A stretch of 64,000 nucleotides of DNA, taken from the NCBI RefSeq assembly GCF_006345805.1, contig NC_042998.1, forward strand, positions 178,002,001 through 178,066,000. The letters are read 5' to 3'. The notes under the pieces were generated by a model. It made no database searches. It was not told the DNA's origin and saw only the letters and a program-made list of their open reading frames with translations. The translations under genes were made by a program, and so were the position numbers. The stretch comes from Octopus sinensis. Its lineage: Eukaryota. How positions within the stretch are numbered: the stretch's first letter is position 1; every line of letters starts with the position of its first letter. This document shows, one piece after another, positions 1-13,049 of the stretch.

Positions 1-574
1 GCGACAATGTAACCATTACTTAATCTAGATATTCTTGGCCTGATGATTAGCTAGGGTGAGTGCCCCTCATTGAGTAATTTTAGACATAATCTTTTGAAAA
101 TTGAAAATTATCAAATTAAACATTAGTGTAGGGAGAAATTGACTTGAGATACAATTGAAAAAAGAATACTAGTAGTTAAACATAAAAAAAATTGTCCATA
201 TATTTTGTTAGCAATCTCATTTACAATCGGATCTAAGTTGAGGAAAAATTTCTTGAAAAGAAGTGCCTGTCACTTGAGCACATTTCAAACGGCAACTATG
301 CTGAGCAAATTTTACTCTCAAAGACGACACAACAGAACAAGATGATGATGCAATACTTCTAATGTAATGGTTTTAAACAAGTAGAGATAAAATAACGAGA
401 AATCAGAAATTGCTCATTTTGCCCCAGTTACAAATTTTGTCCTCTAATTATATTTGTATATATGTATGTATAATTAGCGAAACGTATTTACTGGATGTAT
501 AATAAGACCGAAAGAATGAGTGCGTGTGTGTGTGTGTGTGTGTAAAAGAAAGATAGAGAGGGAGAGAGAGACTC

Positions 575-1804
575 ACCTGTTTTTCCGTTTGGCTTTGTAA
601 ACATTTCCCATCTGTTCTTCTTCCAACTTAACAACTTTCATAGTCAAACAACTCATCAACATTCGCACGATCATCAGCAGTTTTCATCTTTAAATAACAA
701 TCCATTATTAATGTTCTTGTTATTAAGGAATAAAGACGATATCTGGCAAACTTGTTTTGTCATATTAAAGGGTATGTTTCTTTTTTATGTGAATGATGAG
801 AAGAATAAAAATTCAAGTATTGCTCTGTGTCTCTGGGTTTATAGAAAAGCTGTTTTAATAGTCATCTTAATAAGAAGTATGTTAAAAAATGGTAGATCCT
901 TCGTGTGTCATTCTATAGTAAATTTAACGAGACATGTAGATTATTTAAAAGTGAATGAAAGATTTCTAAGTCTTTTTAAATTTTTGCCCCTAAATATGAA
1001 GCAGTCCTCTAAATATCGTTTTCAGTTGTTCTTTATGTAAATGAGGAATTGTTAGTTAAACATTTCTGGTAGTTGAGAGTAGAGTTTGTCCTCTAAGAAA
1101 CCCATTACGAGTTGTGTGTAAGTAGGGGCTACTTTTGTCGTCATATCCATTCATATTATTTGCAATTAAAAAGTTATTGTCGAAGAAGAAGTGTTTGTTT
1201 TAAAGTATTAATTTCAATCCTTCTAAAATAAAATTATTTCAGAATCTTTCCTTGATGTGGTTTGGGCATTTTGTCAACTCTAAGACCGCGTGGAATGTTG
1301 ATGTATATACTAGTTGAAAAAAACACCAAAGAAAACATATACTAGTTACATCAAAATTAGCAAGAATTTCTCCTGATGTACTTCCAAGCATGTAATTTAT
1401 AAAGGCTATATCACTCCAGACAAAACTTGGCCCCGTTTTGCATGAAATGTTTTAAAAATTATATCAATTAGATTGCTTAGGCGTTGTATATTCGATGTTG
1501 GTCCTGCAATGATTGGACGTAGTTTCAAGTCTTTAGGTTTTGGAATTTCGATATATGCTGCATTTTTTTCCTTTTATGTTGTCTTGAATTTTTTTCAATT
1601 TATGGATTTTAGGTAGTTCATAAAAGTTACTGATCTTTACTTCGAAGATGATTAAATAATTGACCTCATTTTCTCTTAGGATATTTAGATGTTTTGAGAC
1701 GAGTCTGTTTACTTGGTTCATGGTATTTTCATCTTCGTTTTTATTTAGCTTATTGTAGAAGTGTTGGTCATTAAGTTGTTCCAAAACCATGTCTCTGATG
1801 ATTA
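575..1804 (-). pseudogene. Penelope-like element, RT part (3' half of a PLE split by the Chapaev3 insertion)
   Basis: ORF 1533-1817 has NFYELPKIHK (PLE FYxLPKIHK motif). Downstream minus-strand frames read ..VAPTYTQLVMGFLEDKLY.. (GTAMG/APxYA region). Multiple stops and frameshifts. Confidence 0.8.
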
Positions 1805-3953
1805 CACTGGTCAACACACGTTTTGCTGACTTCGGTTTTGTGATTGTTTTTAGTTAATTTTGAGATGCTGATTTCAAATATGGCATCCATTTTTTCTAAC
1901 ATATCAGATTTTCATTCTATAGCACACCCCTATTTTATAATGTACTGTATAAATAATTTACTTGGTCAGGATAGTTTACTAAGTCTTATAGCTTAAAACC
2001 ATAAGTTATAATTGTCAATAGAATATAAAATGTAAGATAGCATCATCTTTTACTAAATACATACTGTTAATTTTCTAATATGATGGACAAAGCACAAACC
2101 ATCATACATACACCTTCATATTCATGGAATAAATTTTCGCTTGCGAGAGCATGTGGAGTATTTCATGTGTACACAGTCTCTTTGAATACTCCAACAATAG
2201 TCTGCCGTCGTGTATGTGTGCTATTAGTCTTGATATCTCTCCTCTATAAACTTGATTGTTTGATGAAAACGTTCATCATGCTCATCGCTATGTCTCCGAG
2301 ATTAGCAGGAAATTCATCGAGATGGCTATTGAGGAAATGAAACTTTATGCTCATGGTGCAGCCTAAAAGATGAAACCTAACAAGTAATGTCTCCACCAAG
2401 TCCTTGTAATTTGCAGCCTTTTCACTCCCCACAAAATCCTTTCACAACAGTAACAAATGAATCCCATGCTCTTTTTTCTGTGTCAGCCATCAAACTCGAG
2501 AAATTCTGGCATTTCGTTAACTTTCTGATTTGTGGCCCATCAAAAACACCAGCCGTTATTTCATCATAACTTAGGCCAGGAAATGAATTTGAAACAGACC
2601 TTTCACATTAAGAGCTTTGATAAATTACTTCATTAGTCCTAGTTTGATACGAAGGGGTGGGAAAATGATTTTCTCTCGCTCAACAAGTGGTTGGTGTATG
2701 ATATTCTTCTTTCCAACTGTCAAACTTTTCCTAACTGGCCAGTGTTTCTGTTCCCAATGCTTGTCTCTCGCTTGGCTATCCCATAAACACAGGAAACGCG
2801 GATATTTTGTATACCCTCCTTGCTGGTCAAGTAAAAAGCTGACCATTTTTAGATCCACACATATGACCCACTTATGTTCATCGTACCTAAGTAAACCTAA
2901 TACAACTTTTATGTGATCATAAGTATCTTTTAAGTGCACAGGCTGACCAATAGGAAGCTCACGAAACTGGTTTCCATTAGAGAGTAATACACATCCTAGA
3001 CTCTTCTTTGAACTATCTATAAAGAGTCTCTCTCCATTCACTAGGATCATACTGTTCAACACCCATTATGTTTAACAGTCCCTCTACGTCACAACAGTTA
3101 ACAAAACCTTTTTCAGTTATACAGACTGCTAAGAGATATTTTTCCTTGTTCTGATAAAATGTCGCGTTTGTTTCTTTCTGCAACAAATTCTCTTTAAGCC
3201 TAGAAGCTAACAGTTCTGATAACTATTTTGACTGTCTTAGGTCTCTAACTAAATCATTAAGTTCTGCCTGGCTGAAGCTTTCACATTGTTTGGTTGACGT
3301 TTCTACAAAGTCTATATCACTGTCATGTTCATGATTTATATCTACTTCACATATATCACTTTCACCCTGCAGTGAAGGCAAATCCTTGAAAACGGGTACT
3401 GGTATTTCATCTGAGTGAAGCACTGGATGAATTGCTGAATCCAGATTTGGCTAACTTATTTTCTGTTACGTTCACTTGCTATGACACGAAGTCTTTCTAA
3501 GACAAAAGTAGCAATCGTTTACATGGTTCTTTGGCTCTCACTACATCGTAGGAATGCAAATGTTAGTTGTTTCCTTGTGCCCTTTGTCCATTGGCGTTGA
3601 TTTTCGACACAGGGTTTACATAGGTGATCAGGATAAATCAGTTAAAGGTGATCAGGATAAATCAGTTAAATCGTGAGCCCACGATTTAACCTGATCACTA
3701 ATTTTAATCTTTAAATAAGCCAAGTAGGTTGTTCTTTTCACAATGTCACTAACGTTCATTCTTTGACTTGGTACTGTAAAACACCCACATATATAACAAA
3801 AGAGTCAGAGGAAAATAAACATTTCAAACATGAAAAAACTAGACGTGATATAAAAAAAACTATTGCTATTTTTAAACTCAGTGACCCCAAATTACCCCCA
3901 AACAGGTCTCAAACTTAGGTCAGCAGAAAAAAATTAGACTTTGTTGGCCAGTG
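1805..3953 (-). mobile_element. Chapaev3-type (CMC superfamily) DNA transposon, internally decayed
   Basis: Termini are CACTGGTCAACA (1805) and TGTTGGCCAGTG (3953), flanked by TTA and TAA. Transposase fragments: EPKNHVNDCYFC, FSQAELNDLVRDL, ICVDLKMVSFLLDQQGGYTKYPRFLCLWDS, PPLRIKLGLMK, LGCTMSIKFHFLNSHLDEFPANLG. Confidence 0.85.
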
Positions 3954-5225
3954 TAATAGATGAGTTGTTTTGCAAATTGTTTAATGCTGGAGTTGGTCTT
4001 TAGAAACGTTAGATTTATATTTCCTCTCTGTGATAATGGATTGTGATTATCATCGTAGGCAGATTATGTATTCTTCCAAGTACTTGTTTCTATTTAAGGA
4101 TGGTTTGAATACTGTTTTGTTTTTGACTAGTGACTCGTCCGTGTATCCAGCATTTCGGAAGAATTAATTCTCTTAATCGTAGTTTCCAGCAAAATTCTTG
4201 TATATCTCTTACAAGTTCAGCTTGTTTGGATTTTGGAGTGAGTACAAGTTTTAATCCATTTTGCGGAAGTTTTATCTCTTGTTGAGATATTTTTTGTTGG
4301 ATAAATTTATAATTTTGGTTTTACTTGTGTATTTGTTTTCTAATGTTCCTTGAGGAATGGTGTTATTTGTTTTCCCTTTTCTGGTGGTAGATCTCCTATC
4401 TTAAAAAAATGGTTTCCATTAGAGTTGGGAGTGTTTATGTTGGGATTTTGTATTCTTCTGTATGAAAATATTTTAGGTTAGTTATCCCTGGCTTAGTAAG
4501 TTCTTGATTCTTGGTTTGGGAGTTGGCTCCTTATTCTATTGTCATTCCATGTAGTCCTCGTAGATCTTCGATCTGATCTCTGGAGAGTTCTAATGTGTCT
4601 TTGGTGGGAGTTGTATTTTTTCTTACTTCTTATTACATGTGTATAATCGAAATTCTATGTTTCTTTGGAAACTGAGGTATCTTTATCTGTTTTGTGGAAA
4701 TCCTTTTTCTTTGTTTAAAGTGTTGGTATTCTTTTGAGGTCCAGAAGCTGTTTCAGAGGTTCGGTATTTAGGTTCTGTCTGGTCTTTCCCATAAGTGTTT
4801 TCGTATTCGTGTAGCCACAGTATTTTCGACTCCAAAATTTGCATTTTATTTTTTTTTCTGGCAGTGTCAATTTTCCACATGCTTAGAAGTTTTATTCAAT
4901 ATATTTCCACTACTTCTTTTGATAATTTCTTTTGAAAGTGTGATACTCCAAGACGAAACAGTGTGATTTCAACCTCAAACTCCTGTTGTGCTAAATTGAG
5001 ACAAATCTTTGTTTTTTTATCGTTTGGTCTCGACGTTATTTCTTTTATACGAAGACCTCTTGAGAGTATTACTTCTCTGCTCGTCTATTATTCATATGGG
5101 TTGGCTAAGTTTTCATTTTCAGGGTTCTCCAATATGTTTGTTTTCTTTTATTTAATATACTGTTCCAGATGTTTTCATTAAACTTCTTTTATTGTATACC
5201 CTTTTTCCAAGTTGAGTTCATTATA
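3954..5225 (-). pseudogene. Penelope-like element, N-terminal part (continuation of 575-1804)
   Basis: Minus strand near 4260-4130 reads GLKLVLTPKSKQAELVRDIQEFCWKLRLRE, the typical PLE pre-RT GLKFxPTP region. It runs to ..LNNLQNNSSI at the transposon junction. The outer boundary is approximate. Confidence 0.7.
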
Positions 5226-5229
5226 TACT

Positions 5230-5437
5230 AGTTGAAAGAATCGCCCCCAAGCTTGGTACTTATTTTATCTTTTGCCGAACCGCTAAGTTACGGGGAGACA
5301 AACACACCAATATGACGAGCTTCTTTCAGTTTCCGTCTACCAAATCCACTCATAAGGCTTTGGTCAGCCCGAGGTTTTAGTAGAAGGCACTTGCCCAAGG
5401 TGTCACGCAGTGGAACTGAACTTACCATACAGCCACA
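5230..5437 (-). mobile_element. tRNA-derived SINE family B, partial
   Basis: Shares the CTTTCAGTTTCCGTCTACCAAATCCACTCA..CTTGCCCAAGGTG core with the copies at 35925, 41110 and 50776. Confidence 0.75.
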
Positions 5438-5599
5438 TGATCTGCAAAGGAAAAGCTTGAGATAATTTAAAGGATATTTCCTATTAGAACATAGTCACGA
5501 TAATTTTAGTAATTAAATGCACCGAATGATTGAAGTTTGATTATTTGCTCGACCTACCCCAAAATCTCCAGCGCTCATTCATGCGTAGAACTGGCTCAT

Positions 5600-6012
5600 T
5601 CTTTACTGCCCTCAAGGGGCTACACACACAGGGGACAAACAAAGACAGACAAAGGGATTAAGTTGATTACATCGACACCAGTACATAACTGGTACTTAAT
5701 TTATCGACCCTGAAAGGATGAAAGGCAAAGTCGACCTCGGCGGAATTTGAACTCAGAACGTAGCGGCAGACGAAATACTTATTCCTTTACTACCCACAAG
5801 GGGCTAAATACAGAGAGGACAAACAAGGACAGACAAACGGATTAAGTCGATTATATCGACCCCAGTGCGTAACTGGTACTTATTTAATCGACCCCGAAAG
5901 GATGAAAGGCAAAGTCGACCTCGGCAGAATTTGAACTCAGAACGTAGCGGCAGACGAAATACTGCTAAGCATTTCGCTCGGCGCGGTAACGTTTCTGCCA
6001 GCTCGCCGCCTT
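5600..6012 (-). mobile_element. Two head-to-tail copies of tRNA-derived SINE family A
   Basis: Reverse complement of AAGGCGGCGAGCTGGCAGAA..GAGTTCAAATTCCGCCGAGGTCGACTTTGCC with a B-box. The second unit starts near 5780. Confidence 0.85.
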
Positions 6013-6139
6013 ACAACTGGCTCTTTCTGTTCGTGTGTACATAGGTGAGAGGGAGAATGAGGAAGGAGAGAGAAGGGGAGAGAGGAGGAGAGAGGGAAGA
6101 TAGGGAGAGACAGGGAGGAAAGAGAGAGGGGGAATAACA

Positions 6140-6476
6140 TTGTTTTGCTATATCACACGTATAAATAGTGGAGAAATTACTTTCATAATTATTATGGCTC
6201 AAAAGGTTTTCGTTTAAACTCTATCTTCTGCAGGGAATGTAATAGGTTATAGATATATCGTAATGCAGTTCCGATTACTTGCAGCTAAAATACCTGACAA
6301 GAGCCTTCTTCTTATCCACAATATTTTGCCGGTGGCGTAATTCATTATGCAGTGATGCAGCGTGACTTAAATCAGCAATATACTTCTGTACACTGAACTT
6401 ATATGCATCATACTGTACTAGTGCTTATATGTGTGAGTGTGTAATATATATGTAAATATATATAAACATATATATT

Positions 6477-6523
<47 letters not shown>

Positions 6524-7493
6524 TCAGCAGTATCAGTGCCAAGCAGTATTTTGGCATAAGCAAACTTTAGGTCAGTTAAATTATGCTTGTGACATATTTT
6601 AGCTTCTAAGGTCAAATTCACTGCAGCTAACTTGGAGAAAAAATTCTCTTACGATAAAATGTTGTAAAAAAACAAACAAACAAATCTAACCAGTGTTGCC
6701 CCCAGTCAGAAGAATCCCAGACGCCGCGTTTCTACCTACAAGAAATATCGAAGAAAGGTAATTCTGGGCATACTTAAAGCTTTAACTAAAACACAGTCAA
6801 TAACATTGACTGAGTTGCACTGTTAGACCGCCAGGTCGGGAGATATTCAGCTGTAGCAGTACCAAAGAGTGTTTAAGCATAACCAGGCTTTAGGTTATTC
6901 AACTTAAGTTTGCGACATATTTCAACTTCTAAATGCCAATTTGCTGCAGTTGCCGCGAAGAAAAAAATATCTCTTATGTTTAAAGGTGAAAAAACACATC
7001 TGCTCAGTGTTATGCTCTGTCAGATTTCTAGTTGTGCATACATTCTCAAGTACTGATCAAATACACAACGTGGACGCAAAGTCACTCAGGAGTACATTCC
7101 AACACCTATTCCACAGTCGACTATAGGCCCAAGATCCCAACACAGGGTATGTTATAAACAATAACACAGATGGGTTGAGGTTCACTGCAGCTGTTTCAGT
7201 TGTTCTTTATTAATGAACAACTATATTACATTCTGTAAAAAACCCTGTTTTCTTTAGGTGAATTAAGTGTAAAATTTATCACGCAGGATTTTTCACATAC
7301 ATAAAACACAATGCATGTTGACCCCCCCCCCGAGGCTATAGTAGAAAACACTTGCCCAAGGTGCCACACAGTGGGACTAAATCCGGAACCATATGATTCG
7401 TAAGTTATTTACCACACAGCCACTCCTACGCCTATGCACATATATTAAACATAGTCTATAATTATAATTATTATTTACATATGTATGTGTAAG

Positions 7494-7536
<43 letters not shown>

Positions 7537-8050
7537 ACACACACTCACACACACACACACACACACACACTCACATACATATATATAAAATATAAAATGG
7601 GACAAGAACACAAAACATCCAAATAGATGATACAAAAAACACGGACGGGTCATTCGAAGTCTTTAATCTTCAGTCAAAAACCGGATCTTCCTCGCAATTT
7701 CGGCTGATTAATCTTGAGATTGCTCCAATCTGGCCAGCCCCAAGGAAGCGCGAAAACATAGATGCAATGTCTTTACGAATATAAACACAACACAAAGATT
7801 AAAAATTCAGGGTACCGAAGTATATTGCTCATTTAAGTCACGCTGCATAAATTTTGCTGTCGGCAAAATGGCATTCATAACAGGAAGACAGGTTTTCTAA
7901 GTTAGATTAATCACAAGTAAACTGACGTGCATTGCTATTATATTTCCCGCAGGGGATAGACTTTAAATAGAAACTGATGTGTAATGATCATTCCGATGAA
8001 AGTTTTTCCGCTATTTAGGCTTTTTTGTGTGATCTTGAGAGCAATAACAT
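6140..8050. repeat. Diverged long inverted repeat (~6140-6410 vs ~7795-8050) enclosing a diverged ~130-bp direct repeat (6522-6655 vs 6843-6975)
   Basis: Reverse complement of 6361-6400 (AAGTTCAGTGTACAGAAGTATATTGCTGATTTAAGTCACG) matches 7803-7842. CTATTACATTCCCTGCAGAAGATAGAGTTTAAA matches CTATTATATTTCCCGCAGGGGATAGACTTTAAA. Confidence 0.6.
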
Positions 8051-8290
8051 TATAATTGAAGACAAATACACGCGCGCACGCACATTTATACACGCACACA
8101 CGCATCCATACGCACACACGCGCACACACGTACACACACACGCATTCATACGAATCATATATCAAGGGCGTAATTATAAGTAGGCATAAACACAATGTTA
8201 ACATGTCCCACGTACATGTGCCACTTTTCCGGCCGCTATGTCCCTCTTTCCCCCCCTCTCTCTCTCTCCATATATATATATATATATATA

Positions 8291-9540
8291 CAAGGGAAAA
8301 TAAAACATTATCCGCGCTGTCACCAAAACTTTCGTTGGTACTCAAATCTTGATCGCTCCAGTGTTATAGGGTAAAAAACTCTTATGTTATAGGGCAAACA
8401 TTGTCGCTCCGCTGGCAGTATGCACCAATGAAGAACAGAGATCCTGATCCGTTTTTCTTTTGTCTGAAGGTGCACCGGCAATTGAAATTCATTGAAAGAT
8501 TGCTATACAATACGGTGATGGGCTCTACCGCGTAGAAGTGTGTAAGAGTGGATCAGAAAGTTTAAAATCGGCCGGAAAAACATGAAGCACGAGAAGGGAG
8601 CAGAACGCTTATCAACTTTTACCACTAACTTGAAGATTCAACAAGCTGGAGCGATGCTTCTAGCGAATCGACGAGTGACCCTCGATGAGGTGGCATATTC
8701 TCTGTAAACTAGTCATGGTTCGGGATACGAAATCATCTATGACATGCTTCGCTTCCGTAAAGTCTGTGCGAGATTGGTGCCAAGAGAGCTTACCGAGGTG
8801 TATAAGCGCAATCGTGTGGAAATCTATCAACGTTTACTCGACCGCTACAACAATGAAGTGAAGCTTTTTTTTGAGAAATGGTCACAGATGGGACCTAAAG
8901 ACATCACTTTCAGCCAAAATCTAAAAGGCAGTGTATGGAATGGAAACACCCGGAATCGCCAGGAAAAAAAGAAATTCAAGACTCAATCTTCTGCAGAATA
9001 AACTGATGCTAACCGCTTTTTTAGAACGCAAAATGGCCTATCCTGGAATATTACTTGAAAAGAAGTCTACAGACACCAGTGTAGACTACAGAGAAATGCT
9101 GACCAACAAACTGGAACGAGGAATTCGCACCAAACACCGAGAACTATTGTCAAATCAAGCGTTATTGTTGCACGTCAATGCCGACCCATATACAGCCACT
9201 CATTCCAGTGAAACTATTGAAAAATTGGATTTCATCTTGCTGAAACACATTGCATACAATCTAGATCTCTTCTCTTTCAATTATTACCTCTTTAGACCGC
9301 TCAAACATCCTTCACGATGTCGTCGATTTTCTATGGACGAAGCACAGGAAGCGGTGCGTAAAGAGCTGTGCAATCAGCCGAAAACCTTTTCCGATGGAAT
9401 AAGCAAGTTTGTAGACTACTGGAAGAATTGTATCGAAAAATAAAGAGGCTATGTCGACAAACGATGTAATTGTTCAATCTCCATTTTTGTTTTAATAAAT
9501 TACAGAAAGAAAAGTGCGCGTAATTTTTTTACTTACACAC
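8291..9540 (+). mobile_element. Mariner-family transposon, decayed full-length copy
   Basis: Transposase fragments: LRFRKVCARLVPRELTEVYKRNRV, LLLHVNADPYTA (HDNA), LFSFNYYLFRPLK. Degenerate TIRs: (TA)CAAGGGAAAATAAAACATTATCCGCGCT at the left end and AGTGCGCGTAATTTTTTTACTTAC at the right end. Confidence 0.85.
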
Positions 9541-9779
9541 ACGCACGCACACACACACACGCACGCACGCACGCACACATACTTACACACGCAGATTGAT
9601 AGACAGACAGACAGATAGATATATATATACAAACGCACGCGCGCGCACACACACACACACACTCAAATTGTTATTTGCACCATGTAGAGTGAGATCTGGA
9701 TAATGTTTGCATTATCCTTTACACGGCTAGGCAAGTTCAGACGCAAAATATGCTAGTCGTTTTAGTGTACATAATAGGG

Positions 9780-10170
9780 GAATAATATCTCTGTTTATAC
9801 GACTTGCATGGAATGTGCTTGTGCATCATAATTCTGATAGTCTTCACCGACATCTGTAGGTTATTGATTTTCCAGGATCATCCTTGATAATATTTTGAAT
9901 CGTCTGGGTGAATTTCAATGTTCTTTTAGTGCTCAAGTGTTTGCAATATTGTTTCTCTTTGATACCGTTGAAACATTCCGGTCTGAGGCTTCCAGTTACA
10001 TGCGATCTTCCAACATTTAAAAAGTTAGCAATTTCTTATTCACCGTGTTCCACACATGTCGCAACAATGACTGCATATCTTTTCATTTCATGTGTCAGCA
10101 TTTTATGTGCTGTGGGGGAATCTGAAAGAAATAAAATCTTTTTAATTGGTTTGAAGAGAGTAATATACTG
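9780..10170 (-). pseudogene. 5' fragment of a DD37D/maT-like Tc1-mariner transposase
   Basis: Minus strand reads MLTHEMKRYAVIVATCVEHGE*EIANFLNVGRS...RTLKFTQTIQNIIKDDPGKSI, a paired HTH region. The family assignment is from memory of similar sequences. Confidence 0.6.
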
Positions 10171-10179
10171 ATAATTAAC

Positions 10180-10662
10180 CTATTTCTTTACTACCCACAA
10201 AGGGTTAAACACAGAGAGAGGACAAACAAGGACAGACAAACGGATTAAGTCGATTATATCGACCCCAGTGCGTAACTGGTACTTATTTAATAAGGCGGCG
10301 AGCTGGCAGAATCGTTAGCACGCCAGGCGAAATGCTTTGCGGTATTTCGTCCGCCGCTGCGTTCTGAGTTCAAATTCCGACGAGGTCGACTTTGCCTTTC
10401 ATCCTTTCGGGGTCGATAAATTAAGTACCAGTTACGCATTGGGGTCGATGTAATCGACTTAATACCTATGTCTGTCCTTGTTTGTCCCCTCTGTGTTTAG
10501 CCCATTGTGGGTAATAAAGAAATAGGTACTTATTTAATCGACCCCGAAAGGATGAAAGGCAAAGTCGACCTCGGCGGAATTTGAACTCAGAACGTAACGG
10601 CAGACGAAATACCGCTAAGCATTTCGCCCAGCATGCTAACGTTTCTGCCAGCTCACCGCCTT
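10180..10662. mobile_element. SINE A (+, 10292-10524) inserted into an antisense SINE A (-), with a 14-bp TSD
   Basis: GGTACTTATTTAAT occurs at 10278-10291 and 10525-10538. The flanks join into one continuous minus-strand SINE A. Confidence 0.85.
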
Positions 10663-11296
10663 CACGCACTTATATGCACAATGTCTCATATTTATATTTG
10701 CATGTACATGTACATGAATAACGCTCCTCTACATACTGTGTGCATGTATACATGCGCGCTCTACGTTTTTTCACCGTTTATATGTGCTGTATTCCATTTC
10801 AGTGCTATGCGTATGCATGTGCACGTATGTCTGCGCTTTGAGCATTTTCGCGTATCCTTATGTGTTTCTGAGTATGCTTCCCCATGCATACTGTGCATGC
10901 TCACACTTGTATTATGTGCTTGTGAGACTATCCAACACATTCGTCTATCTGTGGGTCTGTATATATATATATATGCCGATGAGTTTTTTTTATTTGTATG
11001 CGTGTGTATTGTGTGTGTGTATACTTTTCATCTGTTTGTAACTACCACGACCCAAATCTTAATCCATACCTTACACCATTACAAAAACACCAAACTTTTC
11101 ATCCTTCACAATGTTTCTTAGACACCATAACGCTCCCTATACACACACACACACACAACATTTTTCACTCAATGACTGTAATGACCTTAAAAAAGCTTTA
11201 GCCAAGTCTTATTAAGCTGCACTTAATTCCATCTCTCTTAATAGAGTTTTTTCTCATTCCTATTGAAAGCAAAATTACCATTTTTAGAAAAAAAAA

Positions 11297-11327
11297 TAGC
11301 CCTATTCATACATGATGAATAGGGCTA
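11297..11327. other. Perfect 13-bp hairpin between A and T runs
   Basis: TAGCCCTATTCAT-ACATG-ATGAATAGGGCTA. Confidence 0.7.
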
Positions 11328-11344
11328 CTTTTTGTTAATCCAAA

Positions 11345-11385
<41 letters not shown>

Positions 11386-11391
11386 ACACAC

Positions 11392-11436
<45 letters not shown>

Positions 11437-11699
11437 CGCACAAACAAAATACAAACAGTCTGTTTACAGACAAAAGATGTGTGTGTGCGTGCGTGTGTGT
11501 GTATGTATGTATGTATGTATGTATGTATTAACAAGATTTTGCATAAAAATTGATACAATTACAATATCTAAAGAAAGATATTTTTTGAAGTTAACTATTT
11601 AAAAAAAATATCAGAAAAAAAAAACAGAATATCAAAACCCTTTAAGAAAAAATTTTTGTATTGTGTGTACTTTATGTGTACGTACTTCCGTTGGCCCAC

Positions 11700-12480
11700 T
11701 TTTCAGACACACGTGTTCTGGGTTAATCCAGGTAGAGGAATTTGTTTATAGTAATTGTGTTGACTATTTCCTGTTTAGTTTCGGATTTAGAATTCTTTCA
11801 AACTATTCTTTTGCCTTTCGTAGTTGATCATTTTCATCTTTTATTTTGTACAGAGGGAATATTTTGAATTTTCCGTTCACGCAAATGTTGAAAAGTTCGC
11901 TACATCGATATGAATTGAAACTTTAATTTGCTCTTTGTGCATACACACAAATGGATGTTTTGTTCCTATTTCACCAAGATAATTCTCGTTGAATTGTGGG
12001 CATGTGATGCAGTAGATGAGTTTTTTTTTTTGCTTTACATTTCATATATTCCTTCCCATTCTTGAAAATTTTTTTGCTCTTTGTTAAAATATTTCGCATG
12101 TCCAACGACGAGGGTCTCCAGAGTTTGTTATCTGCATTGTATCTTTTTACGACGTGAATACTGCCTTTGTTAAGAGTCTTTTGTGATTTGGTGGTTGTCT
12201 TCGACAGTTGATAATTTGTAATTCTCTAATTCTTTGTTCAATGATTTATGTAGAAATAAGAGGTGTCGTTCGGTAGGCTGTAGAATGTTGTGGTTCCTAA
12301 GATTATCGGTGACAACAAATGGAATATTTATATTTTTATTCTTGTTTTCATTCTCAGACTGAGTGTTTCTCTGTAAGGCAGTGATTGGGATTTCTTTTGT
12401 TATGGCATGATTTATTAGGTTTTTGGGTAATTCTGTTTTTGAATGGACATATTTAGTCATACCAGTTGTTTCTCTCATTT
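11700..12480 (-). pseudogene. PLE 3' fragment (linker and GIY-YIG endonuclease)
   Basis: INIPFVVTDNLRN, then GDPRRWTC, LIYCITCPQFNENYLGEIG, FKIFPLYKIK and ILNPKLN across frameshifts. Confidence 0.75.
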
Positions 12481-12489
12481 ATTTCAGTC

Positions 12490-12890
12490 ATTGTTAAAGT
12501 CTTTCATTCCTGCCAGTTCCTTTTCCTCGGCTTCTTGATTTTAATGTGATCTGAAGCAGCTTCTTTTCTTCATGCTTTCCTCCATCCATTATAGCCCTCA
12601 ACTGCTTTTTGCTAGATTGGATGCTTGAACAAGAGCAGAATCTTCTTGATGGAGCCACAAAAGCGTTTCTTAGGTGCACCTTTACTTATTTCTGTACGTG
12701 CAGGTTCAGTTTCTATTTGGCATCCATTTATCGTGGAAAAGCTATTGGATGTGATGTTTTTCAACGACAGTTTGGATTCTCAATAACTTTTTTTTATTGC
12801 CAGTATACCGTTACTTGCGGCATTGTCATAATATTTTACAGTCAGTATCAATTAGAACTTTTTGCTAGACGACATATTTGATGATGTGCT
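12490..12890 (-). pseudogene. Possible decayed C-terminus of an RTE-type LINE ORF
   Basis: One frame gives KGAPKKRFCGSIKK..VEGYNGWRKA, resembling the GxPKKR..WR tail of RTE elements. Many stops. Confidence 0.3.
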
Positions 12891-12963
12891 GTCCATCTTT
12901 CATAGCCATAGAGCAACTTAATTATTTTTCACAACCGGAATATATACTCAAATTTGAGGGAAC

Positions 12964-13011
<48 letters not shown>

Positions 13012-13012
13012 C

Positions 13013-13047
<35 letters not shown>

Positions 13048-13049
13048 TT

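Noticed and set aside
711-1040. 109-aa plus-strand ORF (likewise 17295-17672, 22426-22713, 30771-31139)
   Set aside because: Antisense shadows of transposon coding sequence.
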